64,000 nucleotides of DNA, taken from assembly GCF_036588685.1 (NCBI RefSeq), contig NC_086383.1, positions 310,001-374,000 on the forward strand. Direction: 5' to 3'. Positions within the stretch are counted from its first letter, which is position 1; every line of letters begins with the position of its first letter. The stretch is from Mytilus trossulus. Taxonomy: Eukaryota. The translations under genes and the position numbers were made by a program. This document shows positions 1 through 12,939 of this stretch, one piece after another. The notes below the pieces were generated by a model. The model was not told the DNA's origin. It worked only from the letters and a program-made list of their open reading frames with translations, and searched no databases.

Positions 1-391
1 ATAAGTCATGGAATGTAAGATGGACACCAAGTAGTCTTGGTTACCTTTTTCCAACCTGTTATGGCAGTCAACGTTAAACCACTCATGTGATATGGTATCG
101 AAATAACATTACGATATAACTGTCCTGTAAAAGAGTTAACAGCAGTACAGATGTACGTATGCATGTAAAACAGTCTATACAAATGTAGGTGTGTTACATG
201 TTTTGCTGTTACACCTTTGTCTTAAGTTAAGGGAACAATTCGCACACCAAAACAATGTTTAATATTGCATCTCTGTATGTAAGCTTGCATCCGGAAATGT
301 CTTTTATTTTTGTTGTTTTTTGTAAATCGTTTTGCACATACATCAGGTTGTACGGTTTCTCTTTACTTTAAAGAACTGACAACACTTATTT

Positions 392-3204
392 GTGTCAGTA
401 CTTTTGATACCTAAGTTTCCTAACGATTTCTTAAATGATGACAATGTTCGAGAAAAAATTGAACAAACTATAAACAAAATAGAAAATGCACTTGCAGATA
501 GACGAGACGTTGACGAAGCATATAGTGATTTATTTCAATTGATTAATAGTGAAGTTATCTCAAAAATAGGACACAAGAGTGCACATAATGACCAGCATAA
601 AATTACTAGTAGAAAGTCAAAATATAAACCATACTGGAACGAAAACCGTCAAGAACATTGGTAGAATGCATGTGAACAAGAGAAAGTTTGGCTTAAGTGT
701 AAGATATGTGGACCGAAGAAAAAACGTCTTAGAGAACACTTCGTAACAGCCAGAAATGATTTTGATAAACTTTTGCTAAAGGAAAAGCGTAATTATCAAT
801 TGCGACAACAAAAAGAACTTTTTGATCTATCGAAAGAAAGTAATACGAGGGATTTTTTGCAAAACATAGGAAAACTAGGAATAGCGACAGAAAAACATGA
901 CAAAATACCAATGGAAGTTCGTCTACCTAATGGCAATATCAGCAAGGATATAAATGATGTTTATGAAACCTGGAAAAATTAATATGAACATTTGTTTAAC
1001 ACTAGCGACGGGGAATACGATGAGGGATTTCTAACATTTATTCAACAACAAGTAGATCATGACCTAGTGAACAATATTGAAAATGACTCGGACACATTAA
1101 ACTCTGATATTTCATACGAGGACGTGGAAAAATATGTGTATCGTGCAAAGTTGAACAAGTCCACCGGGTTAGACTAGATATGCGCAGAATTTCTCCGCAA
1201 CAATTCATGTGTTGATATGATATATAGGATCGTAAAATTTGCATTCGATAACGGAGTTGTACCAGAAACTTGAAACCAAATCTTAATCAATCCTATTTTA
1301 AAACCAGATAAAGACAGTTGTGACCCTCTTGGATATAGAGGAATAGCTCTTATGTCAATTCCTTGTAAAATATATGCTGACATTCTAAATGTACGATTGT
1401 CATCTTGGTTAGAAGACAACACAATTCTTGCTGACGAGCAAAACGGTTTCAGGAAGGATCGTGGCTGTATGGAACATCTTTACGCTTTAACAACTCTTAT
1501 AACTAATAGGAAAATTGAACGCAAGTCGACTTTTGCGTGCTTCATCGACGCAAAAAAGGCCTTTGACACCGTGAACAGAGAAATATTGTGGTATAAACTG
1601 ATGGCACTTGGTATAAATGGAAAGTTCTTGAAAGGGTTACAGTCATTGTACGTCGATGTTCGTTACGCCGTAAAAATCAATGGGTACATGACAGATATGT
1701 TTAACGTTAATTTGGGTGTGAAACAAGGATGTAAATTATCTCCGACATTGTTCTCAGTTTATGTAAACGATCTAGCAGAAGAAATCAACTCTTTAAATTT
1801 GGGTATACCAATTAATGCAGATAGTATGATTTCGATATTATTATACGCAGATGACATTGTTCTATTGGCGCCCGACGAAGAATCACTTCAGCAAATATTA
1901 AATATTGTTCATATATGGTGTTTGAAATGGAGATTATGTATAAATTTTGACAAAACTGGTGTAGTGCATTTCAGATGTGGATCCTCACCTCGATCTAACT
2001 TTGATTTTACATGTGGAAATACCGTTGTAAAATACGACAGCAAATATAGATATCTTGGAATGTGGATAGATGAACACCTAGACTGGAAGTTTACGGTTAG
2101 AGAAGTAAGAAAATCGGCCAGTCGAGCTTTGTCGGCACTTTATATTAAATTTATAGCCTGTGACGGAATGGACTTTGATTTATACGAAAAATTATATGAA
2201 AACCTTGTTTAACCTGTATTGTTGTATGGATCAAGTATCTGGGGTATATTGGAACACAAACAACTAGAAACTGTGCAAAATAGGGCATGTAGATACTTTT
2301 TAGGGGCCTTTAAAAACTCCACCAATCTAGCCGTTCGTGGAGTTAAAACAGTTAAAACAAAACAGAACATTGAAGTTATGAGATTGTTTTTCAAACTTTC
2401 TAATTTAGAGGATGATAGAATAGTTCGGACTATCCATGAAACTAGTAAGACAAAACAACGATCTTGGCATTCACGTGTATTAGCTTTACTGAGAAAATCC
2501 GAATTGAACTTTTTAAACAATTTCAACATAACGACCAAACAAAAGCTACGAATGGCTCAAGACAAATTAACTGCTATAGATCAAGAAAAATGGTCAGCTG
2601 ATGTTTTTGACGATACAAATTCTATAAATGGAAACAAGCTTACAACATTCAGAAGGTTCAAAAACAATTGTAAAACTAGTCTATTTGTTAAAACAGTCAA
2701 ATTTCGTGACCATCGACGCATTTTATCAAACTTTCGATGTGGATCGCTGCCGCTTGCGGTTGTGAACGGAAGTTACAACAAGCCGACCACTCCATTATGT
2801 GATAGACTTAAAAGTTTGTCTTTCCTGCAATGACAATTTTATAGAGACAGAACAACATTTTTTAATAGACTGTAATTTTTATTCAGATATAAGAGAAGAA
2901 CTTTTTAAGTATATTAATGTTTTGAATAACACTTTTAATGCTTTTAACTCTGATGAGAAATTTGATTTTATTATGAACTGTGATCATGCTCAGGTTTTAT
3001 TAGCCAAGACATTAGTTTTATTATTTTAATATTTCTTTTATATTATAGTATATATTTTTTAGTTTGAAAAGGATGAAAGTGTCTCATATGTCTTAAAGGC
3101 AGGGATCTAATATTGTTTTAAAGATTTTTTTATATCGTATATGATGATGTATATTGGATCGTGACACTATAATAAACTATTTACTTACTTACTTACTTAC
3201 TTAC
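392..3204 (+). mobile_element. Decayed non-LTR retrotransposon (LINE ORF2 with reverse transcriptase; RTE-X/L2-CR1-group-like), 5'-truncated
   Basis: Broken ORFs 392-3029 contain RT motifs (EQNGFRKDRGC, FIDAKKAFDTV, GVKQGCKLSPTLF, LLYADD, YRYLG) and a C-terminal CxxC...HxxxxC motif (CLSC...EQHFLIDC). AATAAA at 3171 is followed by a (TTAC)6 tail at 3181-3204. Multiple stops and frameshifts. Clade assignment is tentative. Confidence 0.92.
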
Positions 3205-3519
3205 CTAAGTATGGTTGTGTAAAACAGTATCTAATATCTGCGTCATGTCGTCTCTGGTCGGTTGAAAGTTATCTCACTTGCCTTCATATCGCATCTCTAT
3301 ATTCTATATTATCATATGAATAAAATGAAATATAAAGGTCATGAAGAATATCTAAGATTTGTATTGGGTCGGTCAATATACTTAAATATGAACTGTTTCG
3401 TATTTTGAAAACAAAATGTAAGTTTAGGCCGGCATTCTTGTCTCTTGTGTTGCCGTTCTGAACTTGCTTGAACAATGTGTTTGACCCTCATTATAAAACA
3501 GATATTGAAAAAGAGAGTG

Positions 3520-3860
3520 CCGATGTTTTCTGGCTAGCGCATCGGACTATAAACACAAGGGTTCCTAGTTCAATCCCCATTCCAGGGAGAACATTTCTGG
3601 GACTTACTTTTTGGCTCTCCCTTGACACTATTTGCAAGTATGATCTTGAGACAACGATGATATACCGTCAGTAGGGGCGATAAATGGCTGAACCTTGTTA
3701 AGAGAGAGCAATATTTCTTGTATGTAAGACACTTTTGTAGATTTCGAAAAAGAGCAGGTTAATGCCGCTACAAGGCAGCACTCACACCCGCAAAGGGAAG
3801 AGGGAATTATATAGGTTGTAATAACTTGTTTCCAATCCACCTTATATAAATATCTTTAAA
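3520..3860 (+). mobile_element. Probable tRNA-derived SINE
   Basis: tRNA-like head with A-box-like TGGCTAGCGCATCGG and B-box-like GTTCAATCC (~3530-3580), followed by a relatively GC-rich body and an AT-rich end. Boundaries approximate. Confidence 0.5.
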
Positions 3861-4268
3861 CTAACAGGTAATGGTCTTGCCCTCCATTCAGAGCCGTTTC
3901 TTATCATGTCTTTTAGATTGTATTTCATGAATCTGGTTGCCAGTGCCTTCTTCTAAACATGTTTGACTATTTTCTAATTAACAAACCTTCATTAACTGGG
4001 TTCCCATACATGAATTTCAGATCGCATTCCTGTGTCAATTTAAGTCTAATGTCTCCGGTTAAACGTACTCTATGACCTTTTAGTGGTATTTCTGGTTCCT
4101 CTGTTGTGTCACACCTGACTTCGACTGGTAGTTTATGTTTGGCAATAACTTCATGTAGCAATGCTGAACATTTCACTGAAATAAATAGTCACTAGATAAA
4201 AACAACCCAGTGGTCGCCTGATCTGAACATCTGTGAATACATACAGCTTGGCAAAACCAAAATCCTTA

Positions 4269-4577
4269 GGCAGCAACCGTTGGATTTTCTGGGGGGGGGG
4301 GGGGGGAGTATGGATTTTTTTTCTGGACAAACTTTTTTTTTCGCCTACGGCGGAACTTAATCTATATTTTTTGGCGACAAGTCGAAAACAATTTTTTTCT
4401 TTCAATTTTAGCATTACATATAGTGGCAGCTGAGGGTGAAACAAACAAATTTTTTTTCTCAGAATCAAAAACAAATTATTTTTTTCTCCAAAACATGAAA
4501 ACAAACTTTTGTATTCAAAAACATTCATAGCCCCCCCCCCCCCCCCTCCCCTCCCAGAAAATCAAATGTTTGCTGCC
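4269..4577. mobile_element. MITE with TIRs and TTA target-site duplication (PIF/Harbinger- or Zator-like)
   Basis: GGCAGCAACCGTTGGATTTTCTGGG(G)n at the left end and (C)nCCCAGAAAATCAAATGTTTGCTGCC at the right end. TTA at 4266-4268 and 4578-4580. Confidence 0.85.
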
Positions 4578-7500
4578 TTAAGGTAAATAGCTCTTCTCCT
4601 CCAAGCTTGGGGTATATTTTGAATAAATTTACACGGATCATATTAATGATTTAGCGAGGGCTGTGTAGACCGTTAAATTATGTGGAAAAACACTAGTAAA
4701 AAATACAGCTCATCGTTTGGTTACAGATTGAAGCAAGGTTCTTCTTCACATCATTCTAAATTTTTATCCAATTATACAGCCTACCATCTTGATTATAATG
4801 TTCAATGTTACAAGATAAAAAAATTGACTTAAACACATATTGTCAAAGTTTTGTTCTAAAGCGTAGATTTTTTCATCCCAAATACATGCAGGTTAAAATA
4901 AGAGATTATTTGCGAAATTTAACAGAATCGGCTTGATTTCAGCCAAATTTAGGACCAGGAAACATAGAGCGCAGGCTTGGACAAATTAAATATTGAAGCT
5001 AGACATGTAAAATGTCATTAAAAAATCATTATGTTCAAAGATCTTTTTTGTCGACTAATGCGCTCTATATTTCCTGTCCAATAAGCAATGGAAATTTACC
5101 CCTTTTCATTGATTTTTTGTGGGAAATCAAATTGAGTACTATTGGTGACGTCACGAATAATACTCAGAAACGTAAATGTTCAACAAAAAGGCCTATTCCC
5201 TGTTTTGTTAATGCATTTACTATGATCCATTGTGATATTTGTCAATAAATCCAAATTTGAAATTTAAGCTAATAATGGGGCTATTTTAGGGCTCTATCGA
5301 ACCTAATCCTTTAAAATGTGTTTTCCTTTAACTTTTTCGTATCTGAAAAATAAAGAAGAGAACAATCTACCGAGCTTATAAACTACATTGTTTTAAAAAT
5401 TAATATAAGAATTTAATTGACATATGAAATGAAGTAAATGTACATGTATGAATGCTACATTAATGTGATACATATCCATCCAAGTAAAGATTTGTAAAAA
5501 GTAAATCAATATAGGTCAAACTACGGTGTTCAACACGGAGCCTTTGTACACCGATCCCATCTTGTTATATTTGTCATTTCGGGGCCGTTTACAGCTGACT
5601 ATGAGTTTTATTATTATTGAAAGCCGTATGGTACACTATATAGTTGTTTATTTCTGTGTCCTTTGCTCTCTTGTATCACACCACATGTTCTCTATTATCA
5701 ATAGATTTAAGGGTTAATCATGATACCCATTAGAAATGTATAAGGTATATGATATACACGTGCACATGCTGCTATAAAGATTAAGAATTAGAGACTTTTT
5801 TTGGCTATATGTATTTTTTCTCAATTTTATCAAAACTTTGCAAAAAATTACTTAAAATTGAGAATGGAAATGGGGAATGTGTCAAAGAGACAACAACCCG
5901 ACCAAAATAAAAAAACACAACAGCAGAAGGTCACCAACAGGTCTTCAATGTAGCGAGAAATTCCCGATTTACTTAATTTAATTATTGATTTACTTAAGTA
6001 CGAACAGGAATATTGTTGGCATAAATATCGAGGTGCATAATGCTTTTGGCGACAGTTAGAAGATAGCGAAATGTTAACATCATGTCAGTCACTGGAAAAG
6101 CGTCATTTTTCTTCATTCAATGAAAATATCCCAAATTTTTTTTTAACGTGCGTGTACTTTAAAAGGTTCTATCACTATTATTAACAGTCTTGATATCAGA
6201 AGATTAACAACGCTTAGTCTGTAGACATTCGAATCGCAATTTTCAAAGATTTTGACAAATTTTAAAAAGAACTTTATCCTAAAACGGACGAAGACATCGT
6301 TAACAAAACAAATATGTTTATGGGACAAGTTGTTTCATTGTTTATCTCGTTTAATGATACGTTGCGGAGACATTTATATTGATAAATTGTTTTTTGGTGT
6401 TTTAAGGTTTTATCCATGTATTGACATTGAACATAATTTGCCCACCAACCCCTTCTTTTCTTTTCAAATTTGTATTACATATAGTTTAATTTAAAGCCAT
6501 ATTTCAAATTCCTATAAAATTCTTGTTATTTTTTCATAGATTTTTACACCAAAAAAATTTCAACGGTTTATAACTCAAAAACAAGCATACGTATTTTTTT
6601 CTGATTTTTTAGTTTCTTTATTTATGTACTATAAATTTATAACATTCTTTTAAAAAGCTTGTTTTTTCCCACAGAGTAGCAAACTCGAACGCACCTGCCA
6701 CGTGCGGGTCTAGAACTAAAAATCTTCGATTACAGCCTTTTCAATGTGGGTTTGTATTCAGATCTTGTGTTTTTATATTACACCAATGTTCTAGGTTAAA
6801 AAAAAAAGGGGTACGCTTACAAAAGTGCTTAATTCCTGTGCTTCTTAAAAAAAACTTATAATGCGGTATGGGATTTTCCCGTCACCCGAAACAGGGATAG
6901 AACTAGGTAACTTTGTGGTAGTAGTCAAATGCACTAACCAGAACACCATGGCTCTCGTTCAGTACGTGCTCGGAGATACTTCTTGAATTAATGCGATGTC
7001 GTGCTGAGTGACCAAACGCGTACGTAAAGGTGAACTGTTGATATCGTGATATAGACTTGATCTTTTTATATACCTTTTAGTAGACTGTTTTCGAGATTAA
7101 CTGATAATCATCTGTTATAAAACACATGTTAACGACCGAAAATAGGGGCCATTTAAAACTTGCAGATATATTTTAATACTATTTAATTTAATATGATGAA
7201 AAGTCGTGATTAATTAAATTATGTGAACCATTTTCAAAAATAAGTTATGATTATTCTTCCTTTCCTCGTATGTGAAGTACCAAATTATGATAACTTATTG
7301 TTTTTGTCGTATTTGAACCCACATGGTTTTTGCTTACATGATATATATCCTATCTTTTGATTGGATACGTCTTGCCTTGTATTTAGATTTCTGTGTTTTG
7401 TACGGTGTACTGTTGAATGTTTTTTCCGTTTTTGTATTTTCGCGTTTTCAGTTTGTAATTGACTTATGAGTTGGAATATCCAGTTTGTATATTTTGTCTC

Positions 7501-8432
7501 AAATTTATGCCATTGGAGTATACTTGGTATCGACAATGTATCCATTAATTCATTAGTCATATTGTTGAAACAGTAGTTCATGTAAGTTCCTCATTGATTG
7601 TGAAAAGATGGGTCCATAAACCAGGAATAGTGTATACATGTAAGTGTTGTCATTCATTTAAACAAGGGAATGTATATGAGAAACCGTTTGAAATAGCACG
7701 TAATCACCATTATTAAAGTACTTCATAAATAAAAAGGGACATAATAAAAAAAGTACAAACTAAACTACGGAACTCCAAATAAATTCATTTTTTTTAATTG
7801 ATAACACATAAGGCTATACAATGCATTTGGGTTATCTTTCTTTGCGCTATAACCGTTTGTTTGTTATCGTTACACGTTTTTATCGATCGAACTTCTGCAA
7901 AGCATCAACATATTGTATTGTTGTTGGTATAAATTCTCTCAATTAAACATGTCACGAGAGTTGAGATAAATAATGGAAATCAATGTAGAACTGCAAAACT
8001 CATTCAGTGTATAACTGCAATATACGTTTTATTGAACAAACGAACTTGTATACGGTCTCTCACATCAGACAGACCCAAAGATCATTACAATGTGTAACTT
8101 GTTCTGTCCATATTGAATCAGTGTGTATTATAGTCAATGTTAAATACAGGTAGAAACAGGCCACGTCATACGGAATAACATTACATAAAAAGTAAATCAC
8201 AAAATACTGAATCCCGATGAAAATGCAAAATGGAAAGTCCCTTATCAATGGCAAAATCAAAAGATTTGTACCAGAAAAATTCACAAAAAATGTCAATGTT
8301 CATTTGATGCTTTTTTTACTTCATTTGGTGATATACTTGTCATTCCTTTTGAGTAAAATTATTAAAATGCAACTATAAATCAAATTTACTAGATAATTCC
8401 AAAAACTTTACTTTCAAAATACAATTTATAAT

Positions 8433-9804
8433 AAACACTCCCAAACGTGTCCTTCCCCCCAAACGTGTCCGATTTCCCAAAACGTGTCTTTTCTCCCTAA
8501 ATGTGTCCAAAATGTACCATATTCCCCAAACGTGTCCAATTTCATAACCCCCAAACGTGTCCGGTAATTGTTATTCGCCAAAACGTGTCCAATATTTAAC
8601 GCCATATTAAAACGTCACACGTCTTTTAGTGCTAATACTGTACATGTATCTCCTAAATAAAATCGCTGATAACGTTTATCAGATTTAGTTAGTACATTGT
8701 TGGTTTTAAATGATTATAATAATTGGAAAATTAATCTGTTATTATAAATTAACTTTGACTGAAATTGCTTATTGTCCAGTTGCAAGTATTTCATATTCAT
8801 TTAGAGGGAAAATGCACATAATTCTGGAGTTGAATTAATCGTTAACTTTGTTAATAATTTGTACTTATTAACTCCAATGTTACCTTTTGTACTTAACCGA
8901 ATATTGCATGGCGGGTTTTTCACAGCATTCCCCCCTACTTTTGTCAATTGTTTGTGCGTATTTCAAAAGTTCATCAAATCATAAACTGGTTATCTGGTTT
9001 TTTTTAATAAATTTTAGGTTTCCAGCATCACTAAAGACACACGATAGAGAGACATAACGTCCCGAGTGCCAAATATTTCATGCATTTAAGTTTTAATGTT
9101 TTTGCAGTTCTATTTACCTGTTGTTTTTTTTTTACATTTTAACATACATGGTTTAATTATTTTACTGTTCTATTGTTAAGATAAACTTTAGACTATTGGT
9201 TGCGTATTGTCCAGTTGCAAGTATTTCATACATATTTAGAGAAAACATACAAGTTTTAATGTTTTTCAGTTCTACTGAATAAATTCACTTCAGACTGTTG
9301 ATTGCGTATTGTCCAGTTGCCAGTATTTCATGCATATTTAGAGAAAACATACAAGTCTTAATGTTTTTTCAGTTCTACTGAATAAATTCACTTTAGACTG
9401 TTGATTGGGAATTGTCCAGTTGCATAATTAGATAGAACATTAACGTTTTAATGCACAGAGAAAGGGACATTTTAAACCGTTAAGTGTACAGTTGAACTAA
9501 ACATACATGTATTTGCCTACAATTTACATGCAATATAACCTAAATGACGCCCCCACTTTAACCCAGTTTAATTCTGCCGATTTGAAAAAGTACTAACGTG
9601 TCGTATTTATATTTTTAATGAAATGGTACAATTATTATACGTTAATGAAATTTCAATAATCAAATAACGCTTGATATGCATGGACACGTTTTGGGGATTG
9701 GACACGTTTGGGCGTTTAGACAAATGACTTTGGCGCTGTTTTCAACTAGACATGTTTGGGGGAATCGGACACATTTGGGGGGAAGGACATGTTTCTGAGT
9801 GTTA
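8433..9804. mobile_element. Non-autonomous foldback/TIR element with subterminal CCCAAACGTGTCC repeats and internal tandem repeats
   Basis: ~55-bp imperfect TIRs (AACACTCCCAAACGTGTCCTTCCCCC... / ...GGGGGAAGGACATGTTTCTGAGTGTT). The motif is reiterated at 8440-8590 and inverted at 9680-9800. Internal repeats of ~100-110 bp at ~9180-9430. Confidence 0.75.
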
Positions 9805-10775
9805 CATATATTACAATAGAAACATTTTGTTTCGACCCCACTAATCTATGATTTTTGAACATTTTATATGATGGTGTGTCTTAATCCTAAAATTTGTTGG
9901 CAACTTTATATTCAGTTGTTGAGAATTGCTGTTAAAAATGCACTATGCGTTAATGAAGTAAAGTGATCATTTCAAAAACTGTTTTATCCCCCAATAAATA
10001 ATCGTATTTGGGTTTTAGTGATTTACAGTTGAATAACAAAGAAACGTTTTGGCTGTCACTCACTTTTATCATTTTTACACGAATTTATTGAAATCAGATT
10101 TTTTTTCTAAATTGATATAACACATTTAAACATTTAAAAAATCAATATGAGCCTGGTAGCTAACAAAAACATTAACATATTACATTATTTTGAAAGACAG
10201 ATAAATTGGTTATCAGGTTTAAGTTTGTCGTTAGCTTTTGATCTTAATAACACTGAAATTGCAACGTACGAACTTTTTTAACGGTCTGGCAAAACTTTCT
10301 TTTCATTAGAATGCTATATGTGTAAAGGCTAGAATTAAACACTAAAATGTATGTAAATGTTACGCTACAAAAATAAAGTCTATTTGTGAAAAAAAAACAT
10401 AAGTAAAAATTCACGAAACACTTATTGGACCATGTTAATGTGACCAAATCATTTATATCTTAAACATGTTTAACAACTTACATGAATGTTTTGATAATAG
10501 AAAAGAACATAAATAAATGGAGTCGTTTTTTTTCAATCAGATGACTATCAAACAGAGACCAAAGCTATGACTGAAAACACATGGAGGTAACTGTCCATAT
10601 GACATTCAACAAGGAGAAACTTTAATGTCGATTGAAATCTATGTACGACACACATATGACACACATGTAAATCATTATAAAGAAAAAAACGATCAGTTGA
10701 AACCAAACAATTGATTAACATGATCAGTACAGAAAACAACAAAATCAGCATTACAAATTAAACATACTAGGTTAA

Positions 10776-11442
10776 TAGTTATCAAAAGTACCAGGATTAT
10801 AATTGTATACGCCAGGCGCGCGTTTCGTCTACATAAGTCTCATGAGTGACCCTCAGATCAAAATAGTTTAAAAGCCAAACAAATACAAAGTTGAATAGCA
10901 TTGAGGACCCAAAATTCCAAAAAGTTGTGCCAAACACGGCTAAAGTAATCTACTCCTCGGGTAAGAAAATACTTATTTTTTCGAAAAATTCAAAGTTTTA
11001 CAAACAGAAAATTTATAAAAATGACCATATAATTGATATTCATGCCAACACCGAAGTGCTGACTACTGGGCTGGTGATACCCTCGGGGACGAAACGTCCA
11101 CCAGCAGTGGCATCGACCCAGTGGTGTAAATAGTTATCAAAAGTACCAGGATTATAATTGTATACGCCAGACGCGCGTTTCGTCTTCATAAGACTCATCA
11201 GTGACGCTCAGATCAAAATAGTTTAAAAGCCGAACAAATACAAAGTTGAAGAGCATTGAGGGCTCAAAATTCCAAAAAGTTGTGCCAAATACGGCTAAGG
11301 TAATATACTCCTGGGGTACGAAAATCCTTAGTTTTTCGAAAAATCCAAAATTTTATAAACAGAAAATTTATAAAAATGACCATATAATTGATATTCATGC
11401 CAACACCGAAGTGCTGACTACTGACCAGCAGTGGCATCGACC
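10776..11442 (-). mobile_element. Tandem dimer of a 355-bp hammerhead-containing repeat (non-LTR retrozyme / Penelope-type terminal repeat)
   Basis: Units start at 10776 and 11131 (TAGTTATCAAAAGTACCAGG). Each carries a type I hammerhead motif on the minus strand. The second unit has an internal deletion near its end. Confidence 0.85.
11164..11207 (-). ncRNA. Type I minimal hammerhead ribozyme, intact core
   Basis: Minus strand reads GCGTCA-CTGATGA-GTCTT ATG AAGAC-GAAA-CGCGCG-TC^-TGGCGT. Stem I is GCGTCA/TGGCGT, core CUGAUGA...GAAA, short palindromic stem III, GUC cleavage triplet. Confidence 0.85.
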
Positions 11443-11562
11443 GCATCATTATTATAAGTAAAGCATTTCCCTCTGCATGATTATTTAAAGAGCAGTCTGG
11501 CTAAGAACCATGCAATATAATGAACACGTGATACACAGTGTATCTCAGAAATCAACAAAACT

Positions 11563-11638
11563 TGTTTGTATTGTTCTTAATTTGTAAAGTTTGTATTGTT
11601 CTTAATTTGTAAAGTTTGTATTGTTCTTAATTTGTAAT
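11563..11638. repeat. 25-bp tandem repeat x3
   Basis: GTTTGTATTGTTCTTAATTTGTAAA repeated three times. Confidence 0.85.
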
Positions 11639-12939
11639 GTGAGACCATTATATACAGTACATTTTTCTTGGTGCTATATTTGGATGTTTGGAAAATATTA
11701 ACCTTTCCCACTTATTCGTGATTTCACTATTTTTTCCTTAGAACGGATGATTTAATGAAAAGGGTTAATTAGTTATTAAGACTCTCTCAGTCCCAACCGA
11801 TATTTCGAGACCATAAATGCTTAAATATAATACATTAGATTATAATGCAATTACATTTTGTGTATAATAAACAATCTTGATTTGACAGACGCAACTCTCC
11901 GTTTTACTGTCTCCGCTATTCGTCTTCAGTAAAACTGCATTTGTGATCGTCAAATCGACAATTGACGGTGACAACTCCTCAAAATGTATTATTACTTGCA
12001 TTTTCTGCTCAAGAACTTACTAGGTATGAAACATACAAATGTACTTCAACATACACGTACATGTAATATAATGTACTACATGGTTATTTACATGGTCATA
12101 CATAACATGGATAAGCTACCATAAAGTAATTGATAAGATAAAAACAAAATCAGTTACATGTATCATAATGTACATTATTAGCAATTCTGTTTTGAATTTC
12201 ACTTGTTAAAACAGATTTTTAATCATTTCGTGAATTTTTTTCTAATTTGGTGTACTTCTTCTGATAACTGCATGCATGACATGTATTGCAACAAACACCC
12301 TCCTCACCCTCCAAAAATTTCAAACATATCACTTTTATCACCCTGGTCTAGGGAGATAATAGATTGAAACAAATTCCGTTTTGAATTTTCCTTGAAATTC
12401 ATTTTTTTGTTTAATTACTTATAACACAATGTAGCATGTATTGGTGAAATCAACGATAATCTTGATTGTTCAAAAAAATAATATTATCTTTATCATAATT
12501 TCAATAGAATACTTTTTAAATGTGAATAGATTTGTTGTGAATGCTTTTCACACATTAAGTTACGTCAATTAAGAACACACATTAATGAAAACAGGATTGA
12601 ACGTGTACACCGGATGCGCGTTTTGACTGCATGATACTCACTGTTGACGATCGAAACAATATGTTGAAGACAAAATCAAATAGAAAAGTCTTCTGAACAA
12701 AGGGCTTGACAATGCGACAAACACAAGTACAAAACAGTACACTACAGTTCAATGATCGTATTTCTAGACATTGATTAAAATCTAAATGCATTTTTAAGTG
12801 TCTACAAATAATTTGTGAGTACAACTTCCTTATATGTAATTGTCGTCATTAGCTCTGCATGATCGACCGAACATTGCTCGTTGAGAAACACATGGCTTAC
12901 TGAGGGCGTAATGCGCAGCTATTATACAAAGAGTAACAA

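Noticed and set aside
3530-3580. tRNA gene
   Set aside because: Only A/B-box-like remnants without a complete cloverleaf; better explained as a SINE head.
3870-4760. Possible coding remnant on the minus strand interrupted by the MITE
   Set aside because: Composition looks coding-like, but stops and frameshifts occur in all frames and I recognise no motif, so I cannot support a call.
10891-11461. Duplicated 80/71-aa ORFs
   Set aside because: Chance frames on the antisense strand of the non-coding hammerhead repeat.
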